This document shows, piece after piece, positions 52,411 to 64,000 of a stretch of DNA of 64,000 bases (positions are counted from its first letter, which is position 1; the number at the start of each line of letters is the position of its first letter). Where the stretch lies: positions 51,894,001 through 51,958,000 of the forward strand of contig NC_042999.1 in NCBI RefSeq assembly GCF_006345805.1. Direction: 5' to 3'. The notes beneath the pieces were generated by a model, which saw only the letters and a program-made list of their open reading frames with translations, was not told the DNA's origin and ran no database searches. Source of the DNA: Octopus sinensis. Lineage: Eukaryota. A program made the translations under genes and the position numbers.

Positions 52411-53157
52411 GACTTCCTACGCAACCGCTGAGCCTGGATGCGCATTCATCCATCCGTCGATGTTCTCGGTGTCGGAAGTTGACCTTCTTTCTCTTCTGCG
52501 GCTCTTACGAATAGCAAAGAACCACGTTTCGGACTTCTCCCATCTTGCGAGCTCTGGTATGAAGACCGTTCGCTCAACAGCAATAGCAACAGCAGCAGCA
52601 GCAAGGTGGTCGGCGTCTTGAAGTAACTAAGAGTGTTTTCACAGTTGGCGAGTATGTTTGTTTCGTGGTGGTTACACAGTTGGAATGGAGGACACATTGG
52701 GAAGATTTTTGTGTGGGCAACGTAAGAATTAGAAGCAACACAATTTGCAACAAACGTGTTGGATTTATATGTACAAGTGGGAAAGAGTGTTTATGAAGGA
52801 TCTGTAAGAATACTCTGCTCTGTAAATGATAAGATCCTTTTTTTTTAAGACGGCGAGTTGTGATTTGAGTGAGTGGTCGCTTATTCTATTTGACAGAATC
52901 GCCATTGGAAACCAGTTGAAGATAGCAGGCGATCATTTGTGATTTACTCCATGTAGTGTAAGAAAGGTGTTGCTTAGTAAACCAGTTGGTGGTGAGGTAT
53001 CAAATGCAGCGCTATCGACCATCAACTGGTCAGAAGAGAAACGTTTTCTGGTATGGGTGGGTGGACGATTGACCAATAAACTATCTTGGAGTACTTGAGT
53101 GGGGGTGAGGTGAGTAAGGCTGAAGAGATTTCAGTTTGTTTCCTTTTGAATAACGGT

Positions 53158-53389
53158 GTTTCTTTATTACCCACAAGGGGCTGAACATAGAGGGGATAAA
53201 CAAGGACAGACTAACGGATTGAGTCGATTACATCGACCCCAGTGCGTAACTGGTACTTAATTTATCGACCCCGAAAGGATGAAAGGCAAAGTCGATCTCG
53301 GCGGGATTTGAACTCAGAACGTAACGGCAGACGAAATACAGCTACGCATTTCGCCCGGCGTGATAACGTTTCTGCCAGCTCGCCGCCTT
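53158..53389 (-). mobile_element. SINE family A, full length, complex target duplication
   Basis: Collinear with 28681-28910; cttttgaataacggt at 53143, 53392 and 53409. Confidence 0.9.
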
Positions 53390-54015
53390 TTCTTTTGAAT
53401 AACGGTTTCTTTTGAATAACGGTGTTTCTTGGGGCAAGAGAGAGGGAGAGGGAGAGAGAGAGAGAGAAGGAGAAAGAGAGAGAAAGAGAAAGAAAGATAG
53501 AATTCTTCATATCACAGGGCAGGGTATTGGGCAGTTTAGAGAAATTGGTGTGGAGTTGTTGGGGAAAATAATGAGACCAATTGCTTGTAAATGACGAGAA
53601 AGTATCAGCTGAATGTTCGGAACATAAATCATTGGCGAATTCCCAGAAGAACTTTTATAAGCAAAGGATTGATTTTCAAGTCAAGCCTCACTGTCTGTCA
53701 CTTGGTCTATATTTTGATCAATTTACCTACTCGATGTTATCAGTTATGTATGTATGTATGTATGTATGTATGTATGTATGTATGTATGTATGTATGTATG
53801 TATGTATGTATGTATGTATGTATGTATGTATGTATGTATGTATGTATTTATGTAGTAGTATGTATGTATGTGCGTACGTATGTGTGTATGTGTATATATG
53901 TATATTATATATGCATATGTATTACGTATATGCATACATACATACATACATACATACATACATACATGCATAATCTAATTCCAAACATGTTTCTAGTCGT
54001 GTGAATGTGGTTCCT

Positions 54016-54087
<72 letters not shown>

Positions 54088-54366
54088 AACCTGTCTGCTT
54101 GTTTAATTTTTCAACATGTGATTTCTATTGTCCATTCCTATTTCATAGTAACGACCATATATTCGTTACTATGGTGATATATTTCCATTATCTGAAATAA
54201 AATTTTTATCATTTGTAAGTTTGTAACACAATTTACAATCATTCACTCAGCGAAACCCCCAAATCAAGCCGACGTTACACATATATCTATACATCCATCC
54301 ACCCATTCATACATACATACATTATGTATATACATACATATACACACACACACGCGCGTGCGCGCG

Positions 54367-54397
<31 letters not shown>

Positions 54398-54544
54398 GTG
54401 TGTGTGTATGTGTGTGTGTATGTGTGTGTTTATAAATATGAACATATAAATATATATACATATTCATCTATATCCACACATATGTATGTCTGCATGTGTG
54501 TACGTATGTATGTATGTATGTATGTATGTATGTATGTATGTATG

Positions 54545-54583
<39 letters not shown>

Positions 54584-55025
54584 ATATCTATCTGTCTGTC
54601 TATTTATCTATCTGTATAGATGTGAAGACGTGTTCAATGGCCATTATTTCACAAAGCTATTGATTAAAAATTTGAAATAAAAAAAAGGATAATAAAAAAA
54701 TTAATAAAAAGGTAAAAGTAATTTCCAAATCACTTACTTTACTTTTCCTCTTCTATTTTCTAACAAACAAAACACATAGCTTTAGTTTTAATTGCAAATA
54801 ATGACTGACAAAGCGGTCTAGCCAATAGTATTTGTAATATTTGCCGATAAGGGTGATTGCTTGAGCTAGCAACAGCCACAGAGAAATTCTACAGCCGAAT
54901 GTATTTTTACCATTTTGTTATTCCGTGTTGAAATTCTCTAAAATTATTGGAATAATTTCTTATTGCTAGACACAATGGGGATATCTTTTGAAAAGTGGAA
55001 AACGCGAACAATATATATATATATA

Positions 55026-55089
<64 letters not shown>

Positions 55090-55222
55090 GACAAAGAGAA
55101 CTGGCTAAAAACCATAATGTTTTGTTATAAATAATATTCTTGCTTTTAGTACATATTTTTAACGATTTGTTTGCCGGTGAGTGTGTATATGTATGTGTGT
55201 GTGTTTGCGTGCGTGTGTTTAG

Positions 55223-55287
<65 letters not shown>

Positions 55288-55586
55288 GGTGGTGGTGGTG
55301 TGTGTATGCTTGGTTAGCTATGTTTTACCTTTAGTGATGTTTACACCAACTGCAAGTCAGTCACTGCAGGAAAAATAAAAGATGGAGAGGAAGAGAATAG
55401 CAGAGGGACGGTGTCGGAAAAGAACGATTGTGTTTGTAGTTTGTTCGTGATCTGTGAATGTGCTGGAGCGGACTTAATATCAGAGAGAAAGAAACGAAAG
55501 ATTAGTGGGTATGGGTGGTTCGAATCCAGTTGTGGAGAGAAACTAGGAAGAAGAAAGAACAATAGAGAAATAGATAAATAGATAGG

Positions 55587-55641
<55 letters not shown>

Positions 55642-56234
55642 AAGAAAGACAGAGAAAGAGAGAGAGAGATAGAAGGCGGGAGAAGAGGCAGCTTGTCGGT
55701 CGGTCGAAGGCAGGAGAGAGATGGATGGTGAATGCGCGAAGGAAGAGAGAAGAGGAAACTCCTTTGTTGATTGAAAGCTGAAACGTGCCGCTGAAGAACT
55801 TCATGTCTATCAGTGACTATTTTGTAGATAGAGGGCGCTGTTTCTCTATGTAATATACAACACTATCTTACAGATGGGAGGCCGTACTCAGCTTTGGATG
55901 TCACGGAAGCAGTATTCCATTTTGCATGTGAAAATGTGTTGTAGAGGTTTTGTAGTTTCTGAGGGTATTTTCTGAGTCATAAGAAGTCCACTGATTCTGC
56001 GTTTCCTGTGTTGAAGAAATAAAATCTCCAGGGGAAATTGTTCAGCATAGCCAAGTCTACATTTTGTTTATATAACAATTGTCAGCAGAGAATAGGGGGG
56101 ATTGAATATCAGTAATTACTCGTATCTAGGGAATTAGTTTAGGGATAGCCCATTTACGCACAAAATAATCAGAAAGTCAAAAATATAGCTTCCTTTGGTT
56201 AAACAGAGAAGAAAGATGCCGCAGCTGTTTGTCA

Positions 56235-56548
56235 GTCGGCTTCATGGTCGCAGACAAAATGGAAGAGCCGTTGCCCCGGAAGATGGGGAGGGAGATGCAC
56301 TGGAATAGCCGCTTTGACTCACGGGGTTCGCACTTGCCGATAGCCATCTCCGCCCCGAGTGCGGTGGGTAGCGATGTGGTACAGGGACCGAGAACGCCGG
56401 TGGTCTCCATTGCCACAAATTTGACCACATATCTATCTGAGAGCAGCCGATAATTTGATCGTTTGCCCTTCTCCGTCTGACGCATTAATGTTGTGTCGGA
56501 GAAAGGAAGTTCAGTGTATCGGACTCGTATATCTATGGGAAACTCCAT
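56235..56548 (-). mobile_element. CRE-clade-like non-LTR retrotransposon, C-terminal restriction-like endonuclease fragment
   Basis: EKGKRSNYRLL...FVAMETTGVLG...CEPRESKRLFQCISLPIFRGNGSSIL fits the CRE pattern KxxKY...FxPxAxETxGxxG...DPRxxxFLxQRxSxAxQRGNAAxI; 5'-truncated at a (GA)n tract. Confidence 0.65.
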
Positions 56549-56569
56549 AATGAAGATGTTAATGGACGA

Positions 56570-56631
<62 letters not shown>

Positions 56632-57716
56632 GAGTAGGAAATAAATAGTGTGTTATCTTAGTAATAGACTGAGGTTTCATCTTCTTAAATAATTAGAAAT
56701 GACATAATTAAATGATGAAGTACAGTTGAACTAATAGTAAATGTTCATAATACACAGTACAGACTCACAGACGCCAAGTCTCACTTCTATACTTGCTCTG
56801 TTGTTGCAACAACCTTCCTAATATACGTAATTAACTACCCGTGTCAGTCTCTAATCCACCCGGCTCAAGCTGAACGTTAACTGCCTCAATCTCAGTTATA
56901 TGGGGAGATCTTCACTGGTGATATGGTTAAGACGTATTTGTGACATTCAAAAAGGCAGTTAAGAAACCACGTCAGGTTCACAGAACAGGGAGCATAATTT
57001 AATGACTAGTCGCTGGATAAAATTAAGTGCCTCAAGTATTTATTCAGAGTGGGAACCGTAAGCTCAATTTCTTGTTTAAGCCGTTTGTTCATTTCGAATT
57101 ATCACTAACTTTTTCTTTTTCGATAAAGATCTTTATTAATTTAGTCTTTTGAAAAGAAATCTTAGGAAAAAATATTCAAAGTATTTATAATGAGGTTTTA
57201 AATTGTAATTAGTGTTTCACACGGTTTAAATAGAAAAAAAAATCCATAAGCTGGATTTTACATGACAAAATTTTCAGGAATCATTTAGCTAACGATCAAA
57301 ACTTTCTTATCTAATGTAACTATGGCACTAATAAACATCAACTTCAAAGAAACACAGTTGGAATCGTCAATATCTTTGTTTTAGTTCTTTTAGTACGTCA
57401 TACTACTGGATGGAGTATTGTCTTTTAAGAATTTGCCTTTTCATTAAATTCATCTTTTTGTGGAATATTCCATAACGTTTCCTCTTTGCTGGTTACCTTC
57501 TCATTAGACTTGCTGTTGTATGGATTATTTCACAAGTTTCAAATATATATGTTAGTTTACAATTATGTCCAAATTGATTAGATGAAAGCATCTTTGAAAC
57601 AAAGTCACGCAATTTACAAACTGTTAATATCTTCAAAAGAGATTTTTGCTTTAAGTTTTCAGGTAAAATAAACAAAACACAACTATTTCAAATATGTTTC
57701 AAGACTGATTGACATA

Positions 57717-58601
57717 AGTGGTCTGATCAATAAGTATCCGGACTGTTGCCATTGTAATGAAACTAAAGCATGCAGAGTGAAGCCACTTGGCACTGATTGA
57801 CCATAAATTCTGCTGTGTATGCGCATTATGTTTCAACGTTCTAACTCAATTCCGCTGTTTACAGCAGTGCTTGGAAGAAACGGGTTTAGCGAGTGATCGT
57901 CACATTGACCATGACAGAAAAAGTTGAGCAGAGAATCTGTATCAAAGTTTGCCAAAAGCTTGGAGATATCGGCTCAGAGGCCTACGCAAATTTATCAAAA
58001 CGATCTCATCGTTTTAGATACAATCAAAGAGATGTTGTGCAACTGTAACTCAAGTGCTTTTCTGGTCAGTTAAAAGCAGTTTTTGGCACAAACTTGGCGG
58101 ATATGCGTCTCATACCCAAACCTTCAGTGATAATGGATTCAACTGAACCGTAAGTAATCTGCACGTCCTCTGATAACTCACGGATGGTGATTCGACGATT
58201 TACCCCTACAGCCGCTGGCGCATTTGCGATGTTTTTCTCAGTTCTGCTAGTTGCGGGTCTCTGAGACCGTTCGTCAATATTCACGTGTTTCGGCCATCTT
58301 GGAAACGCCTGAACCACTCGTACACTTGTTTGCGACTCATACACTCCTCTCCATACACTTTCTACAACTTTGCGTGCGCCTCTGGGCAGGTATCGCCATG
58401 ACAACTTTCTCTGTCATGATCACATGCTACAATTGTTCCTTGCAAGCACTGCTGGGAAAAGCGGAAGTGCACTACAAGGTTAAAACTTAATGCGCATGCA
58501 CGGCAGATTTCAAAGTCAATCTTTGCCAAGCGGCTTCACTCTGCGTGCTTTAGCAGCGTTAGTACGGGAACTGTCTGGTTACTTATTGATCCGACCTCAC
58601 A
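57717..58601. mobile_element. Composite of two mariner 5' ends facing inward, TA on both outer sides
   Basis: Left (+): TIR ggtctgatcaataagtatccggac then MTEKVEQRICIKVCQKLG. Right (-): TIR gaggtcggatcaataagtaaccagac then transposase N-terminus to RRISAKFVPK. Confidence 0.8.
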
Positions 58602-58810
58602 TAACGGTCATTAATTAAATGTACATCCACAGAAGTCGCTTTAAACACTCTCTTTCCAAAACATGCACACATTGTTCCCCATGACTTCTCTCTCACCTTT
58701 TATTAATACTTAAGTACATACAAAATTCAGTACACATACTAATTCACATACAACAGACACACACAGCAAGCTGCTGTCGCTGAGGAGTTGACAATAGTCT
58801 TCACAATACT

Positions 58811-59043
58811 TATTTCTTTACTATCCACAAGGGGCTAAACACAGAGGGGACAAACAAGGACAGACAATCGGATTTAGTCGATTATATCGACCTCAGTGCG
58901 TAACTGGTACTTAATTTATTGACCCCGAAAGGATGAAAGGCAAAGTCGACCACGGCGGAATTTGAACTCAGAACGTAGCGACAGACGAAATACTACTAAG
59001 TATTTCGCCCGGCGTGCTAACGTTTCTGCCAGCTCGCCGCCTT
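58811..59043 (-). mobile_element. SINE family A, full length
   Basis: Collinear with 28681-28910; no clear TSD. Confidence 0.88.
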
Positions 59044-60373
59044 CCAGTAGCGATCTTCGACTTCCTGTACCTCTCCATTCGGCATTCTAAAAGTCTGAAG
59101 GATTCGGGCTTCTGTCAGGGGCCTGCAAAACTTGAAGTAGCACGGAACCGAATCAAAATGATTTAATTAATATATATATATATAATTGTGTGTGTGTATG
59201 TATAATTCATATGGAAGGGGAGGGTGTAAATTTACTCATATCCAAAACTTCACAGTTCTGAATAGGAACACGGAACTACCCAAGCTTACCGGTGCCAGTA
59301 TGTCTTTTAAGCTTGAGTACTATGTAATGGACCGTTGTGCATAGCCGGCGTCTATAACAATTGGTGAGATAATACGGTATCCTTCAGGATATCTTATCCT
59401 TCTATACTCTCCCCCCCTCTCTCTCTCTCTCTCTATCTGTATAAAATCCATAAAAAGACAGGTGGTATTAAAGGCTAGTATGTTAATTTAACCACTTGAC
59501 ATTTTTTGGATTACGGCCGTATCGACACTTCAGGTATTAATAACTTCAGTGCATTGCAAAGTATGGTTACATGTACGTACGAATATGCATGCTACGCGTT
59601 ACACAGTACAATTGTATATTCACAAATCAATGTAGATAACGCAAGCCAGTTCATCAGATATGGTGATCTGATCAACTAGCTTTCGTAAGTAGGGCACTAT
59701 AAAGGTTGTGTATATGTTCATGTATAAAAATGAGAATAAAAAGATTAAATTTTTTCTGTTTTTTCCTTGTACTTTCTTTTTCAATTATAAATTTTAAAAT
59801 ATACTTTTAAACTTAGGTTTTACTTTTATCCTCATTTTTATGCATGAGTTCTATAAACACTTTTTGTAATGCCCCACTTACGCATAAATCGATAAGCCTA
59901 AAATAATATGTTATAAAATATCCAAGTTTGAATCGGAAATGAAGAAATATTTATGAACACAGAGGAGACCGCTTCCTCTGCCTCCATAAATCACAAACTG
60001 AGAACTGTTAAAAAAGTCGAGGGTATGATTGACGTTTCTAATGTGTGTTCGCTGGGAAAAAGTGTTCAGTGGAAGAGTGACAAAAGGAAATAGTAAGGGT
60101 CCTTAGTTAGCCGGGTTTGGGGAATTTGGAGGGATATTTTACTCTCCCTTTCGCTTATTTCTTATATTCTTTCTCCACCCTCTCACCACTTTTCACCAAT
60201 TCTGTTATCTATTCTCTCCACCACCCACATTTCTTCTTGGTCTACCCTCACCATTTCTTTTTATCTCACCTTCATCTTGATTCTTCTTATTTTTACCTCT
60301 CTAACATGACACATTAACTCTCTCAAATTCTCTCTCACAACAACTCCCCCCTTTTTCCGCTGACCGCCTCCCT

Positions 60374-60644
60374 TCTTACCACATGGTTTCAGGTTCAGTC
60401 CCACTGCGTGACACCTTCGGCAAGTGTCTTCTACTATAGCTTCGGGCTGACCTTGTGAGTGAATTTGGTAGACGGAAATATATATATGCAGGTGTTTGTG
60501 TGTGTTTACCTCCCCGTATCTTAGCGATTCGGCAAAAGAGACCGATAGAATAAGTACTAGGCTTACTAGGTTCGATTTGTTCGACTAAAGGCTGTGTTCC
60601 ACCATGACCGTAGTCAAATGACTGAAACAAGTAAAAAAAAAAAA
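60374..60644 (+). mobile_element. SINE family B, internally deleted
   Basis: B box, core and tail gtcaaatgactgaaacaagtaaaa present. Confidence 0.8.
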
Positions 60645-60665
60645 TATTTGTATACAGACACATAT

Positions 60666-61079
60666 AGGCGCAGGAGCGGCAGTGTGGTAAGTAGCTTGCT
60701 TACTGACCACATGGTCCCGGGTTCAGTCCCACTGCGTGGCACCTTGGGCAAGTGTCTTCTGCTATAGCCTCGGGCCGACCAAAGCCTTGTGAGTGGATTT
60801 GGTAGATGGAAATTGGAAGAAGCCCGTCGTATATGTATATATATATATATGTATGTGTGTGTATATGTTTGTGTGTCTGTGTTTGTCCTCCCAGCATCGC
60901 TTGACAACCGATGCTGGTGTGTTTACGTCCCCGTAACTTAGCGGTTCGGCAAAAGAGACCGATAGAATAAGTACTAGGCTTACAAAGAATAAGCTCTGGG
61001 GTCGATTTACTCAACTATAAAGGCGGTGCTCCAGCATGGCCACAGTAAAATGACTGAAACAAGTAAAAGAATAAAAGAA
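60666..61079 (+). mobile_element. SINE family B, full length
   Basis: RC of 21624-22015 and 37436-37846. Confidence 0.9.
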
Positions 61080-61159
61080 CACACACGTGTGTGCATGTGT
61101 GTGCATGTGTATACGTGTGTGTGTGTGTGTGTGTGTGTGTGTTTACGTAGTTGTGTGTC

Positions 61160-61347
61160 TCACGTCTGTCGTCCGGTGTTCGTTTGCTTCGGTCCCCGTA
61201 ACATAACGGTCCGGCAAAAGTATACCGATAGAAAAAGTACGGACTACTGATAAATCCTAGGATCGGTGTGATCGACTAAATAATATTTTTCAAAGTAGTA
61301 CCCCAGCATGGCCGCAGTTTAATGAGTGAAACAAGTGAAAGAATAAA
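61160..61347 (+). mobile_element. SINE family B-related 3' half (diverged)
   Basis: tccccgtaacataacggtccggcaaaag...ccagcatggccgcagtttaatgagtgaaacaagtgaaag. Confidence 0.7.
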
Positions 61348-61865
61348 GGTTTGTCACGCACGCACATACATGGCACAAAGACACGACACACAGACACACA
61401 TTACTGTAAGGTATGGAAGGAATAACATCTCTAAACCTATATACAGATGCATGTATGTAGCAGACAGTGCAGTTCTGGTTGTAAATATTAATGGCTGCAC
61501 CATTGTTATGATGCAGGTGAGAGATGTATGCAAAGATCTGGCAGGTAGTTCTAACAGAAGCAACGTTTATTGAGGAATGCGGCTTCAATTAGCTTCAGCT
61601 GAACCTGAATACAATTGGTAGAAAAAGATTGAAATAATAAGAGTAATTAATTTAATGAAGCAGCAAAGGTAAAGAGGAAAGGCAAGGTAATAATGGAGAG
61701 AGAGTATAATTGAAGGGTCGTGTGAGGTGGGGGTGGGTTGTTTGATGTGTTTAAGGAATAGAAATGTTTGGAATGTGGAAAATGTTGAAATAATGGACTC
61801 TGGATAAATGTAGGAGCATCTGCTGTAACAACAACAACAACAACAGCACCTGCAACCATTGAAAC

Positions 61866-61886
61866 TGCTACTACTACTACTACTAT

Positions 61887-61941
<55 letters not shown>

Positions 61942-61946
61942 GCTAT

Positions 61947-62004
<58 letters not shown>
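61866..62004. repeat. (CTA)n tract
   Basis: Directly visible; source of poly-L/poly-S ORFs. Confidence 0.95.
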
Positions 62005-62005
<1 letters not shown>

Positions 62006-63149
62006 TACTTTGAAAGTACTTTCTTAAAAGTCGTTGGTGGGGGAGGACAAAACATACATTATTGTAGAGATAGTAGCAACATTCTTAGTATACAACATGT
62101 TGGGATGTTGTCGGCACGAACGTCTTCGATATGTTTAGGATTACAGTTGACCTAGGCTAAACAATCCCAATCGCAACACCCCCACCACTTGTCACTCCTA
62201 CCACTACCATTAGCAATACTTGCAAAACTGCATTCCGTTTATTTTGAGAATCCGGGAGGAGATCCGTGGCATTCTTCAAAAGGTTGAATGATTTCCCAGA
62301 ATGCTCATATCTACATTACATTCTTAGACAAGATCTTCACTTATGTTTACATATATGGATATGTTTTTTTTTCAAAATTTCAATTATTTTTTGTAAGGCT
62401 TCATAAAATGAAATATAAATGTGGAATATTAAAAGGGAAGTATAAATGCTATGTGGAAGAGATAATATATTTTAATTTTTATTTTCTTATAAGTGAAAAT
62501 GTTTTAATTTTAGAGAAACAAAAAGAATACTGGATTCAGAGGGAATCACTCATATGACCTTCTGAGACCCAGCAGCTATGAGGATTAAAATAACTCAACG
62601 GATTAAAGAAATCACAAAATTTCCAGGGATTGGATTGGCAGTATTAAATCTGTCAGACGCCACAAAGAAGTTTTAAGCATTTCATTTTAACCAACGCCTT
62701 CTTTAAGAATAAATTCCTCTACAAATCCCTATTTAGAGATCATGTTTTCTGTCGGATCTTCTCAATATCCAAAGGTCCCAGATTTCCTAGGCATCAAGGA
62801 AATATGTCAGCCGTGTATAATAAAATTACAATATAGAATTAAACACGAAAATTACTCAGAAATTCATTTGCATATTATTAGCTGTACTTATCAATATTTC
62901 TGCCACGAATTCAATTGATCTGTTGAAGAAAACAACGGTTAATGGAAAAACTTGGCTGGGAAAACGCTGCTAGAGATGATTAGAGAAGGGCTTTAGTGAC
63001 GATCGACTGGGTTCGAATCCAGATTTTAGCATGGAGAATAGTTTCTCTCATATCGAGGATTATGCAGGATTTCTAAAAAATCTTTATTTTGCCTGTACTG
63101 TTCCCAATATATACCGGTAGGAAATTCCTGGTACAGATTTCGTTAGAGT

Positions 63150-63420
63150 GCTTTGAAATAGATCCAAGGCTCCACATCTTAAGATTTTATTCATGTTTTC
63201 CAAAGGAAGAATTATTTAGACAACTGCCATCTCTCACTAGCATTATCTTCATATCTGTATGTTGGCATATCTGTGTTACGCGACAAAACATTTTGAGTAA
63301 AAAGTGTTCCCGGTGTTTCCAAATATATAGTTGGGTTTTTGTGTTGGTTGAACTGTCGATGCCTTCAACCACAACAAAGTATGTGCGTTTATTCACCTAA
63401 AGAATCTCAGATGGTGGTAT
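63150..63420 (-). mobile_element. Possible Penelope-like GIY-YIG endonuclease remnant, inverted relative to adjacent RT
   Basis: With frameshifts RC reads RTYFVVVEG / RQFNQHK / QLYIWK, echoing YIGxxEGxFKxRYNNH...LSKYIW of PLE endonucleases. Confidence 0.35.
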
Positions 63421-63479
63421 ATTTGTCTGTCTTGTTTATCAGGTATTTCGTTGCTATATCCTATTTATGAAGAGCAGAG

Positions 63480-64000
63480 ACATGTCCTTCTAGGTGGGAG
63501 GTAATGCATCTATCATAGGCCTGGGAGAGGTTACTTTTTCTGTCACAGTATGTCAGTATATATGCTTTTTCACTAAAAGGAATAGAAATGAATTATTTGA
63601 TGTCATTATGGGAAGCCATGGTGGAGTAGATGTAGCGGATCTGGTTGGTCCCTACATTCAGCATATCGTTAACAATGAAATAAAAGCTACCAGCATATAC
63701 AGGGACGACAGTGTAGCAGTAGTATGTAATATTGGTAGCGATATGGATTATATAAGAAAAAATATGCATAATATTTAGTAAACACAATTAGTAAAATACT
63801 ACAATATTTAGTAAAAAAAACTACATATTGTACTAATTTAATCAGTTAGTCTCCTCCATATTAATATGCTTCCTACTTAGTATAGTACTCTCCATAAACC
63901 AAGAATATCTAGTAGAAATCCTAACCATTCACAGTGGCCAATAATCAAATAATTAGTTAATAGCATTAATAAGTTTGTTTCCAGCATATCTTCTGGATGA
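63480..64000 (+). mobile_element. Penelope-like retroelement RT remnant (continues past window end)
   Basis: FDVIMGSHGGVDVADLVG and IYRDDSV (YRDD at 63698-63709), then a decayed KP...NH...IIK..L..SI thumb motif; matches PLE FDVTMGSxDGAEVCELVG...LYRDDGL. Confidence 0.7.

Noticed and set aside
55825-55842. CTCF-like agagggcgctg
   Set aside because: Only the 3' half of the motif matches; no supporting evidence.
59250-59700. Small exon candidates bounded by ag/gtaag
   Set aside because: Stops in all three frames for both candidates examined.

Overview
AT-rich, microsatellite-saturated eukaryotic DNA with no host exon I can support and no rRNA, true tRNA gene or CRISPR array. The repeat content is most consistent with an octopus/coleoid cephalopod intergenic or intronic region (inference). 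Almost all long ORFs in the track are simple-repeat artefacts. Real coding signal comes only from decayed mobile elements: a near-full-length but frameshifted L1/Tx1-clade LINE (4264-10486), Dong/R4-clade RT fragments, a CRE-like fragment, a Penelope-like RT with an inverted GIY-YIG remnant, one DD37D (maT) element and several DD34D mariners. There are also about 20 tRNA-headed SINE copies from at least four families, MITEs and a polarity-switching minisatellite. Most notable: (1) three minimal type I hammerhead ribozyme motifs, one in a 554-bp retrozyme-like unit with near-identical terminal direct repeats, one in the tail of an apparent tRNA-headed SINE, and one with the U3:A8 compensatory core; (2) the L1/Tx1 element's 5' end is a diverged copy of its own ORF2 end plus 3'UTR; (3) its 3' terminus matches the tail of a SINE family present in the same window. 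All alignments and folds were done by eye; boundaries of decayed elements are approximate.
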